DNA of 64,000 bases from an uncultured Clostridium sp. Lineage in GTDB: Bacteria; Bacillota_I; Bacilli_A; RF39; UBA660. A model generated the notes under the pieces. That model worked only from the letters and a program-made list of their open reading frames with translations. It was not told where the DNA came from and ran no database searches. The DNA is taken from positions 210,348 through 274,347 of the forward strand of contig CAJJPX010000001.1 in assembly GCA_905193755.1 (NCBI GenBank). The letters run 5' to 3'. This document shows, piece by piece, positions 38,211 through 45,903 of this stretch; position 1 is the first letter of the stretch, and the number at the start of each line of letters is the position of its first letter. A program made the position numbers and the translations under genes.

Positions 38211-39676
38211 TAATTATTCTTCAATGTAAAGTAGCCTGGACTACTAGTGCCTCCATCTATTCTAGCATATGTTTTATCAACAAATGAACTATTATATTTA
38301 GTACCAGCACCACCTACTAAATTAGGTGAATTTTCAAACATATTATAATCATCAGTTACATTTGTTGTTACAAATTTATCACTTACATATATATGCTTTA
38401 AATTGCTAGAATCACTAAACATAAATTTCATATCAGTAACTTTGCTTGTATCAAAATTACTTACATCAATCTCATAAACATGGCTTCTATAAAACATATA
38501 TTTCATATTAGTAACTTTACTTGTATTAAAATTTTCTAAACCTTTTATTTCAGTAGCATAACTACTTTCAAACATATAACTCATATTAGTTACATTGCTT
38601 GTATCAAAACTACTTACATCTAGTGATTTTGCATGGCAGTAATTACCAAACATAGATGCCATATTAATAACTTTGCTTGTATTAAATTTTTCTAAACCTT
38701 TTATTTCAACAGCTTGACTATTATTAAACATTTCCTCCATAGTTGTAACATTACTTGTATCAAAATTACTTAAGTCTAAAGTAGTAGCATTAGAACCACC
38801 AAACATATAACTCATATTAGTTACATTGCTTGTATCAAAACTGCTTAAGTCTAATACTTTTGCTTTACTTTGATAAAACATTAAAGACATTGATGTAACT
38901 GGTTCATTATTTATATATGTACACAATTTAGAAGTTACAGGATTTGTACTTTCTTTATCAGTAAGAAAAACACTCCACCCATTATCAATGTTTTGAAGAA
39001 TTATCATATCATCGTCACTAGTGGCATCATAATTTGGTGCATATTCTTGTTTATATTTATAAGTATATTGTCCATTAACATACTCTGTTCCTTGTACCAT
39101 TTCTCCATCAAATGTACAATATATTGGAGTATTTTCTACATATTCATTTATTCCTAAAACTCCAGTAAAGCTTTTACCTTGATTATAGTTTTGATCAGCA
39201 TTTGTTTCTTTGAAAGTTATTGTTATATTATATTTATGAGTAATGTTTGGTTCTATTGAAACATTCTCTTTTACTTTAATTCTCTTAATTAGTGTACTTG
39301 ATAAAGATTCACACGTTCCTTCCTCTACTCCATTTGCATTTAACCTCGTACATGTAGCTTCAATTACCATTTCATCTTTAATTATTTCATTTGCTAATTC
39401 TTGCCATACTAAGTTGTATGATGTATTTAAAGTACCAGTATTCTTAACACTTACTTCTTTTGTAATAGTTGCTCCTGGTTTTATGTTATTCATTATTATT
39501 TCTGGCCCATCAGTATAAGTAAGTTCCAACGTACCTGTTTGAACTACTTGTTCTTTTACATCTTTATTAACTATAGTTGCTGTAAAGTACGCATAACTAA
39601 ATCCAACTGTAGCCAAAAATAAAAATACTATTCCTATGCCATATAACATCTTTTTATCTTTATTCATATCATTCAC
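38210..39676 (-). CDS. Secreted protein: TasA/camelysin-like N-terminal region plus DUF285/BspA-type leucine-rich repeats
   Basis: Signal region ending GFSYAYFTAT resembles the SipW-type class. The C-terminal half has about 7 units of FDTSNVTNMSYMF. Confidence 0.8.
   Translation of the reverse strand: MNDMNKDKKMLYGIGIVFLFLATVGFSYAYFTATIVNKDVKEQVVQTGTLELTYTDGPEIIMNNIKPGATITKEVSVKNTGTLNTSYNLVWQELANEIIKDEMVIEATCTRLNANGVEEGTCESLSSTLIKRIKVKENVSIEPNITHKYNITITFKETNADQNYNQGKSFTGVLGINEYVENTPIYCTFDGEMVQGTEYVNGQYTYKYKQEYAPNYDATSDDDMIILQNIDNGWSVFLTDKESTNPVTSKLCTYINNEPVTSMSLMFYQSKAKVLDLSSFDTSNVTNMSYMFGGSNATTLDLSNFDTSNVTTMEEMFNNSQAVEIKGLEKFNTSKVINMASMFGNYCHAKSLDVSSFDTSNVTNMSYMFESSYATEIKGLENFNTSKVTNMKYMFYRSHVYEIDVSNFDTSKVTDMKFMFSDSSNLKHIYVSDKFVTTNVTDDYNMFENSPNLVGGAGTKYNSSFVDKTYARIDGGTSSPGYFTLKNN
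38290..38880 (-). repeat. Tandem units of about 75 nt (25 aa) encoding DUF285/BspA repeats
   Basis: CATATAACTCATATTAGTTACATTGCTTGTATCAAAACT recurs near 38575 and 38806. The xFDTSxVTxMxxMF period is visible in the protein. Confidence 0.8.
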
Positions 39677-39716
39677 CTATTCTAATTATAGAGCAAAAAA
39701 GATACTATTTCTAGTA

Positions 39717-40301
39717 TCAATTCTTATTCTTAAATTTATATCCTTTAGTATAAGGTATTAACTTATTACCTTCAACTACATAAGCAGTTTTAGCAACTTC
39801 TAATATTGGTAAATCACTTTCGCTATCACTATAAGAAGTAACAATTTGAGCATTTGGTATAACAAGAGCTAATCTTTTTAACTTTTCTTGTCCTTTACAA
39901 TTTCTACCTATTATATTGCCATCTTTATCAGTTCTAGTAGCTATTATATATCTAATACCAAGTTTCCTACAAAATGGAATAATCCATAATTCATAAGAAG
40001 CACTTATTACAATATCATAATCACTCTTTCTAGATAAATACCAAGGTTTTATATTCTTCATATGTGAATTAACAAATCCTTCAATATACTTATCTAAATC
40101 ATCTATTTGAAATAAAAATGACAACATAGCTTCTTTAACTCTTTCAAAAGATATCATACCTCTTTTATATTCTTTTTCTAACATCTTTGTTCTCTTTAAA
40201 GCCTTCATAACTTTAAAAGGATGCCTTTTAAAAGAATAAAGTAATATATCTCTATTAGTGTCACCATTATATATTGTATTATCAAAATCATATATATTCA
40301 T
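39717..40301 (-). CDS. HAD-IB family hydrolase
   Basis: MNIYDFDNTIYNGDT (DxDxT motif). Terminator hairpin at its stop codon. Confidence 0.75.
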   Translation of the reverse strand: MNIYDFDNTIYNGDTNRDILLYSFKRHPFKVMKALKRTKMLEKEYKRGMISFERVKEAMLSFLFQIDDLDKYIEGFVNSHMKNIKPWYLSRKSDYDIVISASYELWIIPFCRKLGIRYIIATRTDKDGNIIGRNCKGQEKLKRLALVIPNAQIVTSYSDSESDLPILEVAKTAYVVEGNKLIPYTKGYKFKNKN

Positions 40302-40417
40302 CTTATCACCTAATTTATTTTATCAAATTTTACATAAAAAATAAATCTATTTATATTATTTTAAAACAATAGTAAATTAACATTTTATTAACAACTAGTT
40401 TACAAAAAAAGAAAGAA

Positions 40418-43075
40418 CTAGTCTTTCTTAATTATTTCATCATATATTCTATCACATTGATTATTATCATAATATAAGAAGAAATCTTTACTACGCATTT
40501 GATATTTCTTTTCATCAAATCCATTATTTTTAAGTATTATTTCTAATCTATTAAGTAACTTATCAGAAGTTTCACAGAATTCTCCAAAACCTTCTTCAAA
40601 TGGTAAATCTATTTCTCTATAAATATTAAGACCAGCCTTAAACATATCATAATCAGGAAAGAAATAAACTACTGCTCTTTTTAAATATACAAAATCGAAT
40701 ACAAAACTTGAATAATCAGTAATAAATACTTTATAATCATCATTATTATAATTACCAGTACCTAAAATAACATTATCATTATCTATTTTATAATGATGCT
40801 CATATCTTTTAAATATTGGATGTAATTTAAAATCTAAAATATAATTATATTTCTTTAATAATTTCTTTAATTCTGGACTATTTAAGAATTTTTGAGTTTC
40901 TTTATAGAAAGATGAATTTAAAAATAATTCATCATTATTCACCCATTCATTACCTTGTTTACCTATTAAGTAATTTCTCCATGAAGGAGCAAATAATATA
41001 ACATTTTTAGCTTTTTTATCTTGATCAACATAATCATATCTAGGCATACCTGATTCAATTAAATTATGTTTTGCGAATGAATAATTCTTCATTAAATTAT
41101 TTTTTTCAAATGATGTTGACACTACTTCTTTATCTATCAATAATCTATCTATAGAATATTTCCATGGCATATGAGCATGTAATACTCCATGTTGTAAATA
41201 TATAATTTCTGGATTCTTACTAATATCTATATAATTTAAAAATGATTTTTTAGTATATGGAGAACAGTTATTTTGTTCTACATATGCAGTTATTACTTTA
41301 TTAGCATATAAATAATAGAATTTATGTTTTATAGAATTAAATTTAATTAAATGTTTTCTTTGTTTTCTATTAAATAATTCTTTAATATCATTTTTATTAT
41401 GAGTAGTAACAAAATATCTTTTAACTCCATCATTCTTTTCTAAATCATGTATAAATTGATAGTAACCATTATCTTTTTTTACACCTTTACAATCATAATA
41501 TAACCATACTTCTTTTTTAATATAAAACATTTTAGCTATTAGTCTAGTAAGCCATCTTTTCTTATCATTAATAAAGTATTTTATTTCTAAACATTTATTA
41601 TATTTATTAGTCTCTTTTTTAGAAGTCTTTGATATATATATAGCATTTCCATCTGTTATATACTTATATCCGTAACGATGATATTCATATCTTAATAAAT
41701 CATCACTAAATATTGTTTTATCTTCAAAATAGAATTTTGTATCTAATAATGATGATCCAGTCTTAACTTTAAATTCTATTTTAGGAGAATCTTTAATACT
41801 TAAATCTATTTCAAATAAATATGTTTTAGTAAATTTTTCTTTTCCTTTTAAATAATCAAAAGAAGAATCCCTTAGTTCAATCTTTTTATTAACACGTTTA
41901 TTTGATATATATAGATAAAGTTCTGGTTTATCAACTAAAATAAATATTGGAGATTTTATATATGCTCTTATCTTAATTTTATCATCTATTATTTTCATTG
42001 TTAAGAAATGTACTTCTGCATTAGAAGAAGCATATACTAATTGATTATTATTTAGTATTCCAATGTTACTTGTATTATCTCCTTCGATTGGTGTTAGTTT
42101 AGTACTATTTTTTAAATTCAAATAATACATTTTATAGTATGAATCTATAAGTGGATGGTTCATAATAACATAATCATCACACATATTTAATAGTTTTAAT
42201 ATTCTTCCAAATTCTTGTTCATATTTTTTACCTTCATATTGATAAGGTTTTAAAATATCCTTATTGTTTTTCCATATTATATCATTCAAGAATAAAGCTT
42301 GGTAATATCTTGGAACTTTTTCATTAAATGATGTAAATGTGTCTTCCCAGAATTTAGTAGTAGCATCAAATAAATAATATGCATGAAAATAACTTTGTGT
42401 TACGCTATTAGGTCTCTGTAAGTATAAATATTCTGCTTCATCTACATAACCTATTTTCATTTTAGAACGAATAACATCCATACTATATTTTTGATCTTCA
42501 TGGTTTAATATATTATTATCAAAAAGATGCGTTTTATTACCTAAGTTTTTAACAATATAATTAATAGTTGTAACACTAGCAAATATATTATTATTATTTT
42601 CTAAATCATATACACCAGTGTCTGTTAAATAATCATATCTATAATGTAAATTTTTACTCTTAACACCATTTTTAACAGGTATTATTTTATATTCAACTAA
42701 ATCAACTTCATCATAATGTTTATCAAAGAAACTAGTTAATTTTTCTAAAGCAACTTCATTAAGTGTATCATCAGAATCTAAAAAGCATAAATACTTTCCA
42801 GATGAATTTTTTATTCCATTATTTCTAGCAGTTACAGCACCACTATTTTCTTGAACTATATATTTTACATTATCAGGATACATACTTTGATACTTCTTAC
42901 AAATTTCATCACTATTATCTGTAGAACCATCGTTTATCAACACAAGTTCAATATTCTTACTAAAATCTAATGTTTGATTTAATAAACTTTGTATACTTGT
43001 TTCAACATAATCGTAAACATTATACACTGGCATTATAACACTTACTAAATATTTATATTTTACTTTATTACTCAT
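40418..43075 (-). CDS. Bifunctional glycosyltransferase family 2 / CDP-glycerol glycerophosphotransferase (TagF-like)
   Basis: N-terminal VSVIMPVYNV...NDGSTDNS...LDSDD (GT2). The C-terminal roughly 380 aa resemble TagF (FAPSWRNY, HP..). Confidence 0.85.
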   Translation of the reverse strand: MSNKVKYKYLVSVIMPVYNVYDYVETSIQSLLNQTLDFSKNIELVLINDGSTDNSDEICKKYQSMYPDNVKYIVQENSGAVTARNNGIKNSSGKYLCFLDSDDTLNEVALEKLTSFFDKHYDEVDLVEYKIIPVKNGVKSKNLHYRYDYLTDTGVYDLENNNNIFASVTTINYIVKNLGNKTHLFDNNILNHEDQKYSMDVIRSKMKIGYVDEAEYLYLQRPNSVTQSYFHAYYLFDATTKFWEDTFTSFNEKVPRYYQALFLNDIIWKNNKDILKPYQYEGKKYEQEFGRILKLLNMCDDYVIMNHPLIDSYYKMYYLNLKNSTKLTPIEGDNTSNIGILNNNQLVYASSNAEVHFLTMKIIDDKIKIRAYIKSPIFILVDKPELYLYISNKRVNKKIELRDSSFDYLKGKEKFTKTYLFEIDLSIKDSPKIEFKVKTGSSLLDTKFYFEDKTIFSDDLLRYEYHRYGYKYITDGNAIYISKTSKKETNKYNKCLEIKYFINDKKRWLTRLIAKMFYIKKEVWLYYDCKGVKKDNGYYQFIHDLEKNDGVKRYFVTTHNKNDIKELFNRKQRKHLIKFNSIKHKFYYLYANKVITAYVEQNNCSPYTKKSFLNYIDISKNPEIIYLQHGVLHAHMPWKYSIDRLLIDKEVVSTSFEKNNLMKNYSFAKHNLIESGMPRYDYVDQDKKAKNVILFAPSWRNYLIGKQGNEWVNNDELFLNSSFYKETQKFLNSPELKKLLKKYNYILDFKLHPIFKRYEHHYKIDNDNVILGTGNYNNDDYKVFITDYSSFVFDFVYLKRAVVYFFPDYDMFKAGLNIYREIDLPFEEGFGEFCETSDKLLNRLEIILKNNGFDEKKYQMRSKDFFLYYDNNQCDRIYDEIIKKD

Positions 43076-43206
43076 CTAAAACCTCCATATTATTAATTAA
43101 TCACCATACAAAGTTTATTATAACAAATATAATCTATCTTATCAAAAATTAATGTAAAGTTTACACTTAAAAAATTATAGTAAATAAATGATTGATTATA
43201 CACTAG

Positions 43207-43235
43207 TTTACAATCATAATACGCTTTGCTATAAT
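43207..43235 (+). promoter_or_regulatory. Near-consensus sigma-A promoter for the tandem paralogue pair
   Basis: TTTACA, a 17-nt spacer, then TATAAT. Confidence 0.7.
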
Positions 43236-43257
43236 ATGAGGATACAAAGGAGAAGAT

Positions 43258-43810
43258 ATGAAAAAAACAACTAAGTATTATTTAGTACGTATTCAAGATA
43301 ATGCTATTTACTATAATGGTAAAAAATTAATAGAATTATTAAGTGAACAACTTCCCTTTTTATAAAAAAGAATGTGAAAGAATAGAAGTTATATATAGTG
43401 GAAGTATGTTTGAACCTCTAGATGAGAAAAAATTAGCTAAACATAATGAAATGACTCAAGTAATATATGATATATCATTAATACCTTATTATCTTGCTTG
43501 TACTGGAAATGACATTGAAGTAACTGAACTAGTAACTGGTGAAAAATTAACTTCAGAATACCCTTCAGGTTTAGGTGTAAGAGAAGTTTCTAAAGAAAAA
43601 TTTGATAACTATATTCATCAAAATAATTACTCTTTAAAAGCTAGAAATTATTTTAAAGAAATAACTAAGGAAAAAGTAAAAGAACCAGTCAAAGAAGAAC
43701 CAGAAGATATATATAATGGAACTGCATACTTAAGTGGTGAATTAAATGGTAAACCATACGAAGGAAGTTTTACTGGAACATTAAAATTAAAAAGAAAAGA
43801 TAGAGTTTAA
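43258..43810 (+). pseudogene. Frameshift-split paralogue of 43819-44262
   Basis: ATG at 43258 behind AAAGGAG encodes MKKTTKYYLVRIQDNAIYYNGKKLIELLSEQLPFL and stops at 43363-43365. Homology to the downstream paralogue continues in the +1 frame (FYKKECERIEVIYSGSMFE...). The junction is CCCTTTTTATAAAAAAG. Confidence 0.7.
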
Positions 43811-43818
43811 GGAGAACT

Positions 43819-44262
43819 ATGATGAAATATTATATTGTACCTATAACAGAAAAACGAGCATTCTATAAAGGAAAATCATTATACGAATTATTAAAGGAAA
43901 CATATCCAGAACTTGGACAAAGAGAAGATCAAAGAATCGAAATAGTACTATCACACAACATGTTTGAAGAAGATACTGAAGTAGATAAAATGTTAATTGA
44001 ACACAACAACACTACTCATGCATTATACGAATCTAACAGTTTACCTCCATGGATAATACTAAAGGAAACTGAAAAAGGAATACATGAATATATAACACAT
44101 GAACCATTAAAAGCTAAAACAAATGGATTTATAAAAAGATATGCAATAACTCAAGGATATATAAATGAATATATCAAAGATAGTGATTATGAAAATAAAG
44201 TTAGAACTTACTTTAAAAAGATAAAATCTAAAAAAGGTCCAACTCTTACATTAAAAAAATAA
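43819..44262 (+). CDS. Hypothetical protein (147 aa), intact paralogue
   Basis: SD GGAGAA. KYYIVPITEKRAFYKGKSLYELLKE...RIEIVLSHNMFE aligns with the split upstream gene. Confidence 0.7.
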   Translation: MMKYYIVPITEKRAFYKGKSLYELLKETYPELGQREDQRIEIVLSHNMFEEDTEVDKMLIEHNNTTHALYESNSLPPWIILKETEKGIHEYITHEPLKAKTNGFIKRYAITQGYINEYIKDSDYENKVRTYFKKIKSKKGPTLTLKK

Positions 44263-44279
44263 CTTAATTTTCTTAAGTT
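44261..44279. terminator. Bidirectional terminator between convergent units
   Basis: AACTTAA-ttttc-TTAAGTT followed by ATTTTTATTT. Confidence 0.55.
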
Positions 44280-44287
44280 ATTTTTAT

Positions 44288-45028
44288 TTACCCTTCATTT
44301 CTCATAAACGCTTCATATTTATCCATAATAACTTTAGGATCACCTTGATCTTTTATCAATCCTTCATGAAGCCATATTACTTTATTACATAATTCTTTAA
44401 TAGTATTACTATTATGTGAAACTATAACAACAGTTCTATCTTCATTACTAATAAGTTCTTTCATTTTATTATAACTTTTTTCTTTAAAATGAATATCTCC
44501 TACACTAAGAACTTCATCTATAAGCATTATATCAGTTTCAAGTATAGCTGTTATAGAGAATGCAAGTTTAGAGTGCATACCTGAACTATAGCTTCTAACT
44601 GGTCTATATATAAAATCTCCTAATTCTGAAAATTCTATAATATCATCTATTTTAGCTTCTATTTGTTCTTTAGAGTAACCAAGTAACATACCAGATAAGA
44701 ATATATTTTCATATCCAGTTAATTGCTTTTGAAAACCTACTCCAATTGATAATAATGAAATACTATTACCATGTAAATTAATACTACCAGAATCTGGTGA
44801 AAATATACCTGAAATTGCTCTTAAAAGAGTACTTTTTCCACTACCATTCTTACCACATATACCAAGTATTTGTCCTTTAGGTACTTCAAATGATACACCT
44901 TTTACTGCTTTAAATATTTTACCTGTACCTCTTGCCTTTAATCCTCCCTTTTTCAAAGAGAATCTATTCATATCTCTATAATACACGTGTAAATCTTTTA
45001 CAGTTATAGCCATTTCTTCTCTCTTCAT
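44288..45028 (-). CDS. tagH: Teichoic acid/polysaccharide export ABC transporter ATP-binding protein
   Basis: GKNGSGKST, YSSGMHSKLAF, LIDEVLSVGD. Coupled to an ABC-2 permease gene. Confidence 0.85.
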   Translation of the reverse strand: MKREEMAITVKDLHVYYRDMNRFSLKKGGLKARGTGKIFKAVKGVSFEVPKGQILGICGKNGSGKSTLLRAISGIFSPDSGSINLHGNSISLLSIGVGFQKQLTGYENIFLSGMLLGYSKEQIEAKIDDIIEFSELGDFIYRPVRSYSSGMHSKLAFSITAILETDIMLIDEVLSVGDIHFKEKSYNKMKELISNEDRTVVIVSHNSNTIKELCNKVIWLHEGLIKDQGDPKVIMDKYEAFMRNEG

Positions 45029-45816
45029 TATTTCATCACCTTTACATATGTATTTTCATATTTATATATTATCTTAATTCCAAGCATACAAACTAATATA
45101 CCGACAAAAAACCATACAAGTGTCCACATACCTACTGGACCACTCTTATATATAAGTACATTTCTCATATTATAAATAAAATTAGCTATAGGATTTAAAT
45201 CTAATAATATAGTTCTATAAACAGCATTATGTATTCTAGTACTAATATCATAGAACACACCAGTCATATAGAATAAAAGTCTTAGTACTATATTAACTAA
45301 ATTAGTTAAATCTTCTGCAAATACTCCAAAATGCATAATGATAGTACATACGCCAAAAGTAAATATAAGCACAGTTATAATAATAGGTATAAACCATAAT
45401 ATATTCCATGTAATTGGTACTTTATAAATACACATAAATATTGCTACTAATAAGAATGAAACTCCCATCTTAAATGCATTAACACCCATCTTAATAAGAA
45501 TTAATACAAACTTAGGTATATATACTTTTGTTACTGTATCTCTATTACTAGAAACTAATTTCACACTACAAGTAACCATCTTATTAAAGAAATTCCATAT
45601 AGATAAACCAATAAAAACAAATACAGGAAAGTATTCAACATTTGATTTAAATACCACATTAGCTATAAATGTATATATAAGCATAAATGCAAGTGGTTCT
45701 AATATCATCCATAAAAAACCTAAATATGAATTAATTACTTCTGTTTTTAACTCTGCCCAAGTAGCATACATTATATAATTTTTATACTTCTTTAAATCAT
45801 TTACAAATCTTTTCAT
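45028..45816 (-). CDS. tagG: Teichoic acid/polysaccharide export ABC-2 permease
   Basis: Six-TM ABC-2 type protein. Its stop overlaps the tagH start. Confidence 0.85.
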   Translation of the reverse strand: MKRFVNDLKKYKNYIMYATWAELKTEVINSYLGFLWMILEPLAFMLIYTFIANVVFKSNVEYFPVFVFIGLSIWNFFNKMVTCSVKLVSSNRDTVTKVYIPKFVLILIKMGVNAFKMGVSFLLVAIFMCIYKVPITWNILWFIPIIITVLIFTFGVCTIIMHFGVFAEDLTNLVNIVLRLLFYMTGVFYDISTRIHNAVYRTILLDLNPIANFIYNMRNVLIYKSGPVGMWTLVWFFVGILVCMLGIKIIYKYENTYVKVMK

Positions 45817-45903
45817 ATAACTCCTCGCATTACAATTTTACCATATTTAACTAATAATTACCATAAAAAATGATTATTAGTAATACTAACAATCATTTAT
45901 ATT

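Noticed and set aside
45845-45885. 9-bp AT-only inverted repeat ACTAATAAT...ATTATTAGT downstream of 45904-48036
   Set aside because: It has a large 14-nt loop, no T-run and only A-T pairs, so it is not convincing as a terminator.
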